A stretch of 64,000 nt of DNA from Chloroflexota bacterium (GTDB lineage Bacteria > Bacteroidota > Ignavibacteria > Kapaibacteriales > UBA2268), in contig JBLNBN010000030.1 in NCBI GenBank assembly GCA_050260015.1, positions 64,815 to 128,814 on the forward strand, read 5' to 3'. This document shows positions 16,924-27,243 of this stretch, piece after piece. How positions within the stretch are numbered: the stretch's first letter is position 1; every line of letters begins with the position of its first letter. Below the pieces are notes generated by a model. The model was not told the origin of the DNA. It made no database searches and saw nothing but the letters and a program-made list of their open reading frames with translations. The translations under genes were made by a program, and so were the position numbers.

Positions 16924-19293
16924 TTAAAACTCGACGATAGTAACTCCGGCTCCGCCTTCCGTCAGCTCGCCCTCGCGGAAAGATTTAATATAGGGATTCT
17001 CCGTGAGAAACTCGTGAATCGCTTTACGCAACGCCCCGGTACCCTTGCCGTGGATAATCGTAAACATAGGGACGTTATTTAGAATTGCGTTTGAGATATA
17101 GTCCTCGAGCTCGCGCAAACTCTCTTCGGCGCGCTTACCTCGAAGGTCGAGACGAGTATTCATATCAAATTTAATAAATTCGGTGTAATCCGCTTTTTTA
17201 GTCTCTTTCTTTTCGGCCGGCGCCAATTTGGAAAGTGGAAGCCGAAATTTCAATCCATTTAGATCTACGAGCGCTACGCCCTTAGCTTTATCGACTTCCA
17301 GCGCAATCCCGGTCGCATTGGAGTCGATGACGAGCACGCCTTCGCCCTCGACGACTTCGCCTTTAGGCCTTGGAGCTGCCTGTTGAGCTTTTTCCTCGGA
17401 CTTGCGAACCTGCTCTTCAATTTTATCGCGTTTATCGCCGTAATCGTGTTTTACTTCGGCTATTGAACGCTTTTCTTCGCGTAACTCTTTTATCGTATTT
17501 TCGATAAGCGAGTTCGCCCCGCGCACAATCTCGAGCGCCTCGCGGTTGGCTTGGTCCAAGGTTTCGCGGCGTTTCGTCTTTATCGATTTCAGCTTTTCGT
17601 CGTAATCGGATTTTAGCTTATTAAACTTTGCGCGCTCGCTTTGGGCCGCCGCTCTATCGGTTTCGGCCTCGGACTTATATTTTTGCAGCAGCCTAATGCT
17701 TTCTTCTAATTCTTGGTGACGCTCGCCGAGATATTTTTTTGAGCGCTCAAGCACGAGCGGCGACATTCCTAAGTTCTGCGCCAGGAAAAATGCGTAGCTG
17801 TTCCCGGGAATTCCCGAGAGGAACTTAAAGGTCGGCTTTAACTGCTTTTCGTCGAATTCCAGCGAGGCGTTCTCGATTTCCGAACGGTTCAGCGCGTAGG
17901 ATTTAAGGGATGACTGGTGGGTCGTTACGACGAAGAACAGGTTGAGCTCCAGGAAAGTGTCCAGTATCCCGGCCGCAAGCGCGGATCCCTCCTGCGGGTC
18001 CGTACCAGAAAGGATCTCGTCGATCAGCGCGAGGGAGCGATTGTCGGCGAGGCGGAGTATTTCTATTAACTGCAGGGCTTGCGAGCTGAACGTCGAGAGA
18101 TCGTTTTCAATTGATTGATTGTCGCCGATCGAAGTGAATACCGTTCGATAATTAGTCTTGCAATATCCCAACGGGAAAATCCCGCTTAATGCCATTAGAA
18201 CGCTCAAGCCGACGCTTTTAAGAGCGACCGTTTTACCGCCTGCGTTCGGACCTGATATCAGGTGCCCGCGCTTCTCCGGGGAGAATTCAACGGAGAGGGG
18301 AATGACCTTATCCTTACCTTTGGTATGTACGAGCAACGGATGCTTTACGTTCTTTAGTATTATTTCGTTCTCATCGGAAATTTCCGGCTTTACGCCGCCA
18401 TATTCAAGGGCGTACCTTGCGCGGGCGAGCAGCGAATCCATGTAGGCCATTATCTCGACGGAGGCGAGCATACTTTTGGCGTCGTCGCCGATTTCCGCAG
18501 TCAGGTTCCGCAATATCTTATAAACCTCTCTCTGCTCCTCGTTCGAGAGAATCGAGAGCTCGTTATTCATTTCGATTATCTCGGAGGGCTCTATAAAGAC
18601 AGTTGCGCCCGTTTGCGAAATGCCGTGGATAATACCTGGCAGGTGGCGTTTGTGCTCGCTTCGTATAGGCAAAACGTAGCGTCCCTCGCGAATCGTAATG
18701 AACTCGTCGCGGGTCATGTCGTCGAGCGCTACCTTACGCATTATCTTTTGAATGCGCGAGCGCAGCCGCGCTGATTTTCCATGTATTTCCTGCCGGATGC
18801 GGAAGAGTTCCTTGCTCGCGGTGTCCTTTACTTCGCCGGTGTCCGTGAGCGCTTCGGCGATATGCTTCTCTAAGAGTCTATTCTCGAATAGGGCGGCTGC
18901 ACGTTCGGAAAGTAATGGGAATTTCTCGAACCTGGAAGCGAAAAACCCTTTTAATAAGCGCGACACCCGGGCCACATCAGCGATTTTTAGTATATCCAAC
19001 GAAGAAAGCACGGAATTAATAACGAGCGAAGAATAGAGCCTTTGCCGGACGTCATCCATTCCTTCGAACGGGACGGAATCTTCCGTTACGAGCAGCTTAA
19101 CGGCTTCGTCGAGCGTCGAATGCTCTTCGTTCAGGCGCTCAATATCCTCGCTCGGGCGTAGATTAAGGAGTATCTCTCTCCCGGGATCCGTTATGGCGTA
19201 TTTGGAGATAAATTCAAGCGCGGTAAAGAATTCGAGCCTGCGCATGGATTCGACTAGCATTTCCTCTAATGACTTCTCTTTTAATTCCGGCAT
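16924..19293 (-). CDS. mutS2: Endonuclease MutS2
   Basis: ISGPNAGGKT, IGDNQSIENDLSTFSS and DEILSGTDPQEG; Smr domain LDLRG...IIHGKGTGALR. Confidence 0.95.
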   Translation of the reverse strand: MPELKEKSLEEMLVESMRRLEFFTALEFISKYAITDPGREILLNLRPSEDIERLNEEHSTLDEAVKLLVTEDSVPFEGMDDVRQRLYSSLVINSVLSSLDILKIADVARVSRLLKGFFASRFEKFPLLSERAAALFENRLLEKHIAEALTDTGEVKDTASKELFRIRQEIHGKSARLRSRIQKIMRKVALDDMTRDEFITIREGRYVLPIRSEHKRHLPGIIHGISQTGATVFIEPSEIIEMNNELSILSNEEQREVYKILRNLTAEIGDDAKSMLASVEIMAYMDSLLARARYALEYGGVKPEISDENEIILKNVKHPLLVHTKGKDKVIPLSVEFSPEKRGHLISGPNAGGKTVALKSVGLSVLMALSGIFPLGYCKTNYRTVFTSIGDNQSIENDLSTFSSQALQLIEILRLADNRSLALIDEILSGTDPQEGSALAAGILDTFLELNLFFVVTTHQSSLKSYALNRSEIENASLEFDEKQLKPTFKFLSGIPGNSYAFFLAQNLGMSPLVLERSKKYLGERHQELEESIRLLQKYKSEAETDRAAAQSERAKFNKLKSDYDEKLKSIKTKRRETLDQANREALEIVRGANSLIENTIKELREEKRSIAEVKHDYGDKRDKIEEQVRKSEEKAQQAAPRPKGEVVEGEGVLVIDSNATGIALEVDKAKGVALVDLNGLKFRLPLSKLAPAEKKETKKADYTEFIKFDMNTRLDLRGKRAEESLRELEDYISNAILNNVPMFTIIHGKGTGALRKAIHEFLTENPYIKSFREGELTEGGAGVTIVEF

Positions 19294-19299
19294 TTACTG

Positions 19300-19746
19300 C
19301 TAACCTAAAAGCTTTTTAACAATTTCCTGAACCTTTCCGCCCTCGGCTTTCCCGGAGAGCTTTTTCATTGATATTCCCATCACCTTGCCCATATCCTTTG
19401 CGCCGGCGGCGCCAGTTTGCACGATAACCTCGCGTATCTCGGCCTCGATTTCTTCGTCGCTTAATTGTTTAGGAAGGAATTCCTGGATAATAGCGAGCTC
19501 GCCCTCTTCTTTTTCGGCGAGGTCGTCCCTTCCCGCGGAGCGGTACATATCGATGGCGTCTTTGCGCTTTTTCGCCGCGGAATTGAGTAATTTTATTTCG
19601 TCCGCGTCGCCTAATTCGCGGCCTGCCCCGCTTTTATTAAACTCAATAATTTGCGAGCGGATGGAGCGCAGGGTTTCAGTACGCAGCTTATTTCCATCCT
19701 TCATCGCATTTTTCAGATGTTCGGTTATTGTTTCTTCTAAGTTCAT
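19300..19746 (-). CDS. yqeY: GatB/YqeY domain protein
   Basis: AMK...KKRKDAIDMY..AGR.DLAEKE...FLPKQLS...DMGKVMG. Confidence 0.93.
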   Translation of the reverse strand: MNLEETITEHLKNAMKDGNKLRTETLRSIRSQIIEFNKSGAGRELGDADEIKLLNSAAKKRKDAIDMYRSAGRDDLAEKEEGELAIIQEFLPKQLSDEEIEAEIREVIVQTGAAGAKDMGKVMGISMKKLSGKAEGGKVQEIVKKLLG

Positions 19747-19809
19747 TTTGTTTGATTTTTTGTTTACATTAATCTTATTATTAACGATATTGAGTCGGCC
19801 TTAGTGAGG

Positions 19810-20916
19810 TCAAAATTTATAAAAGGGATAAATGAATGAAAATTTTACGTCCTTCGTACCAATTTCCAAAACGGGGGAAGGCAGCTTAAAGTAATTGGCG
19901 CTCTGGATCAGCCAACCCAGGAAGCCGTCGGCATTGGGGAACATTTGCTGAAGATTCCAATCGAGCGATATTAATAGCTTTGGGTTGCCATAGGTCGCGC
20001 CAGTTTGCTTTTCAGATTGGCAAGTGCAGGGGCGATCAAGTCTTGGGTTGCATAGGCTATAAACGGCGTATCCGACCGAGAGGTCCAGCCACGGAACCCA
20101 GTATTTCTTCATGCCGGTCGGCAATAGGTTGTATACGTTTACGCTCATCCAGAAGGTCTGCGCGGAGTAATTATCAATGAAAGCGTCCGACGGGTACCTG
20201 TCTAACTCCCCGTGCCAGGAAGGCTTTATATATTGAAACTTTGGCGTGAAATTCTGCAGGAAGGGCGAGAAATGCTGGGCAACGAAAAATGTCGCTCCGG
20301 CGATATCCGCGTAAAAGTCAGAAGGGGAAAAGCCAAACCCGATGCTGTACCCGTCAAGAATTTCGACGTAGGAATTATAAGCCAGCCCTAGAACGCCGCC
20401 CCAAATAGCCGAAGCGTCGTAGCTCAGCCCAGAGGTAAAGAGGGCTTCCTGCATTACGTAGCATGGGAGATACGTGCCAAAAAAATGACCGGGCTTATCC
20501 AGCCAGAGAGTAAATTCCGCATCCTCGTAAGTATGGAAGGGGCCTACTTCCTTCCAAATCGTATTCTGCTGCAAAAAGTGCTGAAGAAGAAAAATACCGG
20601 TATAAACGCCGCCGGTTACTGCGGCGGCTGCGGGTTGAATCTCAGTTTCACGCAGGGGCAGCTTACCCGTTATGGTAAAGCGGCGATTATTAGCGTACAT
20701 GAATTCTTTTGACGTAATGTGCTTTGATTTCGAGATTGTTTCAATCAAAGAGTCGCTAAGTGACAATTTTTTATTATTTTCGCTAAACGCAGAGTCGGCT
20801 GGTAGAGTAGCCGCCGGGGGCGGCGTTGGAAGACCGGCTAAGACGACGGCCGTATCTTCTGCAAATAAATTGGAAGAAACGACTAAAACTATGAAAAAAA
20901 ACGTATATTTCAGCAT
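19810..20916 (-). CDS. DUF2279/YfiM family protein
   Basis: DKPGHF, VEILDGYS.GFGFS.SD and DNYSAQTFWMS motifs; signal peptide from ATG 20916. Confidence 0.8.
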   Translation of the reverse strand: MLKYTFFFIVLVVSSNLFAEDTAVVLAGLPTPPPAATLPADSAFSENNKKLSLSDSLIETISKSKHITSKEFMYANNRRFTITGKLPLRETEIQPAAAAVTGGVYTGIFLLQHFLQQNTIWKEVGPFHTYEDAEFTLWLDKPGHFFGTYLPCYVMQEALFTSGLSYDASAIWGGVLGLAYNSYVEILDGYSIGFGFSPSDFYADIAGATFFVAQHFSPFLQNFTPKFQYIKPSWHGELDRYPSDAFIDNYSAQTFWMSVNVYNLLPTGMKKYWVPWLDLSVGYAVYSLCNPRLDRPCTCQSEKQTGATYGNPKLLISLDWNLQQMFPNADGFLGWLIQSANYFKLPSPVLEIGTKDVKFSFIYPFYKF

Positions 20917-21023
20917 ATTGTGGTATAAATATTGATGTAAATAAATACGATTCAAAATTGAATTCTTTCAAAAATAAAGAATAATGATTCAAAATTGTAA
21001 AAAAAATATCTAAAAAGCTACTA

Positions 21024-22154
21024 ATGGACCGAATTGGCAATACACTGAAAGCCCGACGTCAACAATTGGGCTTAAAAATAGAAGATGTTAGCGAGCGCAC
21101 TAAGATACGTCCGCACCTGATAAAATCAATTGAAGAGGGCGAGCGCGACGTTATGCCGGCGGTCTATATTAAGTCGTTTGTAAAGACATACGCTACGTTC
21201 CTCGGTCTTTCCGAAGGTGAAATTGATAATCTATTAAAGGAACTGGAACCGGCAAAGCCTTCTAAAATCGTTCCTGCGACCAGGGCCGACCAATCCGCTA
21301 ACCCTGTGGCCGCCGCGCCCAAAACCAGTAAATCCGTTGAAAGAAAAGAACCCGAAAAGAAAGAAAGCAGCCAATTAGAGCCTAAGGAGCCGCCGGCCAA
21401 GGAAAAGAATAGCGACCGGCCCGCTAAAATCTCCGAGCCGGCAGAACAGGAGGCGACTAATTACAAGGAATTATTCAAGAAAAAATCAGTAAAGAAGACT
21501 TCAAACGTAAGCGTGGCTAATGTAATTATATACGCTTTGCTTATTCTCGGTGTAATTGCTATTATTTTCTTTACTTTTTTTTATGACAGCGCCGTTGAGA
21601 ATGCGCCTCCAGCTTCGATCGACACTACCAAGAAAGAGTCGAAGGAAGAGGGCTCCGGTATATTGTCCTACTTCGACGCTCCCGACAGCCTTGCCCTTAC
21701 GGCCCGGGCGCGCGATACGGTATGGGTTCGGCTTGAGATCGACGGCGTGAAGAGCGAGGAAATAATAATTAAACCCGGGCAGGAAGCCGTCTGGCACGCA
21801 AAGGACTATTTTTTGGTTAGCCACGGAAATATTGGCGGCGTTGATTTCTACCTCGACGGCAACAAGTTGCCTTTGTTTGGCAAACGACGCTCCGTAGCGA
21901 GGAATATAAAAATTACTAAGGACGGAGCGCTTGGACTACCGCAGGAAACTACCCCTCAAACCAACGCTCCAGCCCAGCCAAACGTAGGGCCTACGGATCG
22001 TTCCACGCCGAACGCCGATAGCCAGGCAAAGAGATCGCGCCGGTATAGTTCCCGAAAGAAAGAGAAGAAAGCGACGCCCCCGCCAATGATTTTGGAGTCG
22101 CCGCCCGTAAGGACTCAGCCGCCGTCGTTAAATTCAACGAAAACTCCTCGTTAA
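21024..22154 (+). CDS. rodZ: Cytoskeleton protein RodZ (HTH, TM, DUF4115)
   Basis: IGNTLKARRQQLGL...TKIR...YATFLGL HTH; single TM; C-terminal VWVRLEIDG...GNIGGV domain. Confidence 0.85.
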   Translation: MDRIGNTLKARRQQLGLKIEDVSERTKIRPHLIKSIEEGERDVMPAVYIKSFVKTYATFLGLSEGEIDNLLKELEPAKPSKIVPATRADQSANPVAAAPKTSKSVERKEPEKKESSQLEPKEPPAKEKNSDRPAKISEPAEQEATNYKELFKKKSVKKTSNVSVANVIIYALLILGVIAIIFFTFFYDSAVENAPPASIDTTKKESKEEGSGILSYFDAPDSLALTARARDTVWVRLEIDGVKSEEIIIKPGQEAVWHAKDYFLVSHGNIGGVDFYLDGNKLPLFGKRRSVARNIKITKDGALGLPQETTPQTNAPAQPNVGPTDRSTPNADSQAKRSRRYSSRKKEKKATPPPMILESPPVRTQPPSLNSTKTPR

Positions 22155-22213
22155 AATTAACTAAAAAAATTTGTAAATTTGCCGCTCGTATTATTCATAG
22201 ATGAACAGAGATT

Positions 22214-25200
22214 ATGAAAAGCGCTGCCGGTATTTGTTTAGGAGCTTCCAGTATTTCTATTGTTCGCGCTATTGCGGACGAGCAGAATCATATAAAAGTC
22301 AGCGAAGTTTTAACCCTGCCTCATTATGGCGATCCGCAAAACGCGCTTCGACGGAGCCTCAGTAAAGTAGCGCAAAGAGGCGATTCTATCGTAGTGACGG
22401 GTAGAAAGCTGAGAAACCTGATAGAATCCGTTAGCATATCCGAACCTGAAGCCACCGAACTTGCCCTTGCGGAACTTTACGGTGATAAAAAATTTAGCGC
22501 GGTCGCCAGCCTTGGCGGCGAAACTTTCATCGTTTATAATCTCGACTCCCAGGGCAAAATAAGCTCCGTCACGGCAAAAAATCAATGCGCTTCCGGCACC
22601 GGCGAATTCTTCATGCAACAGATAAAAAGAATGGATCTTTCCCTTGAGGAGGCGTTGAACGCAGCCGAGGGCGAAACGCCTTACAGGGTTTCCGGCAGGT
22701 GCTCAGTATTTTGCAAATCCGATTGCACCCACGCGCTCAACAAAGGCGTGGCGAAGGGACAGGTTGCAAGCGGGCTCGCCTCTATGATAGCCGATAAGAT
22801 CGAGGAACTGCTGGAGAAAACGCAAAAAAGAAACATCCTACTTATAGGCGGCGTCACCCGGAATAGAATCGTCATGGATAATCTCCAGCTGCGGTATAAA
22901 AATTTGATTATCCCGGAACAAGCGGCATATTTTGAAGCCTTCGGCGCGGCAGTTTACGCAGTAAAAAATGGCGGAACTACATATGACAACCCCGAAACTC
23001 TTATATCTGAACGAAAAAGCTCGTTCATCTTTCATAAACCATTAAGCGAATATGGCCATCTTGTTGAATTTAAAAGCGAAACATACAGGAAGCCAATCCC
23101 CGGCGAAAGGACTATACTCGGTTTAGATATAGGCTCCACAACGACTAAAGCGGCGATCGTGGCTCTTTCCGACGATGCTGTATTGGCGTCGACATATCTT
23201 TACACGAATGGAGATCCGATTCATGCCGCAAGGGAATGCTACCGAAAGCTATACGAGGAAGTTGGGGATACGGTCGGGATAATCGCTTTGGGAACTACCG
23301 GTTCCGGGAGGCATATAGCCGGCTTGCACGCGCTAACCGACGAGGTTATTAATGAAATTGTAGCTCATGCTACCGCGGCGGTTCACTACGATCCGGAAGT
23401 TGATACGATTTTTGAGATCGGCGGGCAGGACGCGAAGTATACATACATTGTAAATAAAACGCCCGCGGACTATGCTATGAACGAGGCATGTTCGGCTGGC
23501 ACCGGCTCGTTCATCGAGGAATCGGCTTACGAATCGCTCGGCATAAAAGTAACGGACATAGAACCGATCGCTATGAGCGGCTCGACGCCGCCAAATTTCA
23601 GCGATCAGTGCGCCGCTTTTATTAGCTCGGATATAAAGACGGCTTTGCAGGAAGGCCTCGCAAAGGAAGACGTGGTGGCCGGTTTGGTTTATTCTATTTG
23701 CATGAATTACGTTAATCGCGTTAAGGGAGCGCGTCCCGTAGGCAAAAAGATTTTCATGCAGGGGGGAGTTTGCTATAATAAAGCGGTCCCGATAGCGATG
23801 GCCGGGCTAACGGGAATGAATATCATCGTGCCGCCCGAACCTGGTTTGATGGGCGCCCTGGGAGTTGCGCTCAGCGTGAAGGAAAAAATCGCGCTCGGAC
23901 TTACTACGGCGACGAGTTATTCTTTAAAGGAACTCTCGGAAAGACAGGTAAATTATAAAAAGAGCTTCGTCTGCGCCGGCGGCGCCGAAAAATGCGATCT
24001 GAAGTGCAGCATAAATATGATCGAATTGGACGGAAAGAACTATCCCTTCGGAGGCGCTTGCAATAAGTATTACTCCTATAGGAACAAGCCGGACTTTAAC
24101 GTTGGAACCCTCGATTATGTAAAGGTTCGCAACGAATTGCTATTCGGAAAGTATTCTCCCAAAAAAGATTTGCCCGCTGATGCGAAAGTAATCGGCATCA
24201 ATAAATCTTTCCATACGCACACCGCTTTCCCGCTATTCTATAATTTCTTTACCGAACTCGGGTTTAAGGTGATACTTTCCGAGAGGATTCACGATTCGGG
24301 ACTGGAAAGGGAACTAACGTCCTTTTGCTATCCGGCGCAGCTTTCCATGGGGCTTTTCGCCGATTTGATCGAGAAGAAGCCGGATTACTATTTCCTACCA
24401 ACTATATTGGAAATGTACGTCGAGGACGCCGAGTACCATCGCTTAGATTTTAATTGCACGTGCGTTTTCGTAAGCGGCGAGACTTTCTTTATTAAGCAGG
24501 CCTATAAGGATTTGCTCGATATGAAAAAAGTTCTCGATCCAAAATTCAATTTTGCCTATGGGTTCGGCTCGCAATACGCGGCATTTTCGGACCTGGCCAA
24601 GCGAATGGGCATTTCCGACGAAGCGGCGATAAGCGAAGCCCATACGCGCGCCGTCGCCATGCAAAATCGATTCCAGGAAGAGCTATATGAAATTGGCGCG
24701 CAAGCTCTGAAAAAGCTTGAAAAAAATCCAAACCAATTCGCCGTCGTTCTTATCGGAAGGACCTATAATTCCTTTGCCGATGAAGCGAATAAGAATATTC
24801 CAAGGAAATTCGCCTCGCACGGCGTTACTCTTTTGCCATACGATATGTTCGATTTCCGCTCGAAAACGATCGAAGATAATATGTACTGGGAGGGCGGGAA
24901 GAAAATATTAAAAGTGGCAAAGGTAGTAAAGGAGCATCCGCAGCTCTTCGCGGCATATATATCAAACTTTTCCTGCGGACCCGATTCGATGATCCTCACC
25001 ACATTCCGGGGAATAATGGGCCGAAAGCCCTCGCTTACGCTTGAATTGGACAGCCATTCCGCCGACGCTGGGATTAACACGCGAATTGAAGCCGCGATTG
25101 ACATTATAAAGAACTACCGAAAGATAAATTCAGGAGCCAAGGAGAAATCCGCCCCGGAATTTAAGCCGGCGACTATAGAGGTAGGCGCCGAGAAGAGTTA

Positions 25201-26530
25201 CTTTATAAAATCCAACGGCGAGCGGATCCCCCTCAACGATCCAAGCGTGGAAATACTGATCCCGTCGATGGGCGACCTGGCGGCAGTTATATTCGCGGCC
25301 GCGTTGCGATCTCTCGGTTTTAACAGCAAGCCGATACGGCAGGCCGACGGCGAGACGCTAAAATACGGCCGAGCCAACGCGAGCGGAAAAGAGTGCTTAC
25401 CGCTCCTGCTGCTTGTCGGCGGCTTAGTGGATTATTTAGAAAACGAGCGCGCGGAAGGCAAGAACGTCGTGCTCTTTAACGTGCAAGGAGCGGGCAATTG
25501 CAGGCTCGGGCAGTACCCGGTGTTTATCCGCGATATGATTAGGAAGAAGAAGCTCGAGAACGTCACCCAAATGGTCTTAATGAACGAGGACGGCTTCGCA
25601 GGATTTGGCGGGAAGTTCGCTATGCGCGGCATACAGGCGATCATGATAAGCGACGTAATGGACGACGTTCGGTCTGCGGTTCTCGCGCATTCGGCGGATC
25701 CCGATACGGCAATTGACGTTTTCGATAGAGAATACGCCAGGGTCGTACGCGCAATGGAAAGCGATCCCGAGAGGATATACGACGCTCTTGAGAGATTTTC
25801 GGAGAATTTACGAAGAGATATACCTCCCGCTAAGCCGATTGGCGAAGCGAAGTATATCGCGCTTTGCGGCGAGATTTACGTGCGCCGCGACGGGTTCTCG
25901 CATAAGTGGCTAAATAAGTATTTCGCAAAGCGCGGATTTATCCTAAAGGACGCTTATATCTCCGAGTGGATACTGTACGTTGATTACCTGCTGAAGATAG
26001 ATCTACTCGAGCCTGAAAAATCTCTAAGGAAAAAGCTCGAGCGGAATATCCGCAACTTCTTCATGCGCCAGGCCGAAAAGAAGATAAAGAGAATACTTGA
26101 AAAATCGGGTTACTATAAATTTGTCAAGACGGACGTGGAAGCGATAATGAATCACAGCAAGCACATCCTCCCGCTCGATTACAAAGGCGAACCCGGGATA
26201 ACGCTTGGAACGGCCCTCGGCGAATCGCTCGAGAAGTACTGCGGCATAATAAATCTTGGTCCTTTCGGCTGCATGCCTACTCGTTTAACGGAGGCTATCA
26301 CGCAGCCGGAAATGACGGTTGCCGGGAAGATCGCGGCAAAGAAAACGATTAACCCGCATTACTCTTTAAACGGCGTATTCGCGCCTGAGACTACTATCCC
26401 GTTCCTTACGATTGAGACGGACGGAAACGTATTCCCGCAGGTAATTGAGGCGAAGCTGGAAACGTTCACGCTACAGGCCGAAAGAACTGCAGAATTAATG
26501 AGATTGCACAAGGAGGCAGAGCGCGACTAA
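22214..26530 (+). CDS. CoA-substrate-specific enzyme activase fusion (two BadF/BadG/HgdC ATPase domains, DUF2229, dehydratase-like region)
   Basis: CASGTGEF, CSVF, GLDIGSTTTK, EIGGQDAK, NEACSAGTGSF, FCYP, NFSCGPDS, CRLGQY and PFGCMP. Confidence 0.9.
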   Translation: MKSAAGICLGASSISIVRAIADEQNHIKVSEVLTLPHYGDPQNALRRSLSKVAQRGDSIVVTGRKLRNLIESVSISEPEATELALAELYGDKKFSAVASLGGETFIVYNLDSQGKISSVTAKNQCASGTGEFFMQQIKRMDLSLEEALNAAEGETPYRVSGRCSVFCKSDCTHALNKGVAKGQVASGLASMIADKIEELLEKTQKRNILLIGGVTRNRIVMDNLQLRYKNLIIPEQAAYFEAFGAAVYAVKNGGTTYDNPETLISERKSSFIFHKPLSEYGHLVEFKSETYRKPIPGERTILGLDIGSTTTKAAIVALSDDAVLASTYLYTNGDPIHAARECYRKLYEEVGDTVGIIALGTTGSGRHIAGLHALTDEVINEIVAHATAAVHYDPEVDTIFEIGGQDAKYTYIVNKTPADYAMNEACSAGTGSFIEESAYESLGIKVTDIEPIAMSGSTPPNFSDQCAAFISSDIKTALQEGLAKEDVVAGLVYSICMNYVNRVKGARPVGKKIFMQGGVCYNKAVPIAMAGLTGMNIIVPPEPGLMGALGVALSVKEKIALGLTTATSYSLKELSERQVNYKKSFVCAGGAEKCDLKCSINMIELDGKNYPFGGACNKYYSYRNKPDFNVGTLDYVKVRNELLFGKYSPKKDLPADAKVIGINKSFHTHTAFPLFYNFFTELGFKVILSERIHDSGLERELTSFCYPAQLSMGLFADLIEKKPDYYFLPTILEMYVEDAEYHRLDFNCTCVFVSGETFFIKQAYKDLLDMKKVLDPKFNFAYGFGSQYAAFSDLAKRMGISDEAAISEAHTRAVAMQNRFQEELYEIGAQALKKLEKNPNQFAVVLIGRTYNSFADEANKNIPRKFASHGVTLLPYDMFDFRSKTIEDNMYWEGGKKILKVAKVVKEHPQLFAAYISNFSCGPDSMILTTFRGIMGRKPSLTLELDSHSADAGINTRIEAAIDIIKNYRKINSGAKEKSAPEFKPATIEVGAEKSYFIKSNGERIPLNDPSVEILIPSMGDLAAVIFAAALRSLGFNSKPIRQADGETLKYGRANASGKECLPLLLLVGGLVDYLENERAEGKNVVLFNVQGAGNCRLGQYPVFIRDMIRKKKLENVTQMVLMNEDGFAGFGGKFAMRGIQAIMISDVMDDVRSAVLAHSADPDTAIDVFDREYARVVRAMESDPERIYDALERFSENLRRDIPPAKPIGEAKYIALCGEIYVRRDGFSHKWLNKYFAKRGFILKDAYISEWILYVDYLLKIDLLEPEKSLRKKLERNIRNFFMRQAEKKIKRILEKSGYYKFVKTDVEAIMNHSKHILPLDYKGEPGITLGTALGESLEKYCGIINLGPFGCMPTRLTEAITQPEMTVAGKIAAKKTINPHYSLNGVFAPETTIPFLTIETDGNVFPQVIEAKLETFTLQAERTAELMRLHKEAERD

Positions 26531-27165
26531 GGCGAGAGCCGCTCCGCGCGCCATTCGCCGCTTTCATGCGTATACGCGAACCGGTCGTGCAGCCGGCTTG
26601 GGCGACCCTGCCAGAACTCGAAGTAATCGGGAACTATGCGATACCCTCCCCAAAAGGGCGGGAGCGGCACGTTTACTGGATACCTGGCCATGAGCTTCGC
26701 CACTTCGCGCATTAATTTAAATCTCGAGGAAAGCGGTTGGCTCTGCTTCGACGCCCATGCGCCCAACCTGCTTGCGTAAGGCCGGGTTTTATAATATTCA
26801 AAGGATTCCTCAGGGGATATCTTTTCAGCCCGACCTTCAATTCTTATCTGGCGCTCAAATTTATCCCAGAAGAAAATCGCGGCTATATTCGGGTTTGCCG
26901 CTATATCCAATCCCTTTTTACTTTCGTAATTTGTATAGAACACAAAACCTCGCTCGTCGTAGCTTTTTAATAATACCACGCGGGAGCTTGGACGCGAGTT
27001 CGAGCACGTCGAAACGACCATCGCGTTGGGGTCGGGGAAGTCGCCCGCCATCGCGTCCTGCATCCAAAGCTTAAACTGCCTGAAAGGATCTTTTTCTATT
27101 GAGCCCTCGTCCAGCTTGAATTTTGAGTAATCGTGCCGGACGTCCTGTAAATTTTCTTTCTTCAT
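26527..27165 (-). CDS. pdxH: Pyridoxamine 5'-phosphate oxidase
   Basis: RVVLLK, FYTNYESKK, EFWQGRPSRLHDR and RLSP. Confidence 0.96.
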   Translation of the reverse strand: MKKENLQDVRHDYSKFKLDEGSIEKDPFRQFKLWMQDAMAGDFPDPNAMVVSTCSNSRPSSRVVLLKSYDERGFVFYTNYESKKGLDIAANPNIAAIFFWDKFERQIRIEGRAEKISPEESFEYYKTRPYASRLGAWASKQSQPLSSRFKLMREVAKLMARYPVNVPLPPFWGGYRIVPDYFEFWQGRPSRLHDRFAYTHESGEWRAERLSP

Positions 27166-27243
27166 TTATTAACGCTATAGAATTCATTATTTGAAACGAT
27201 ACGAAAAAGTAAAATTACCGAAAAAATGAGAGACTATCAAGGT

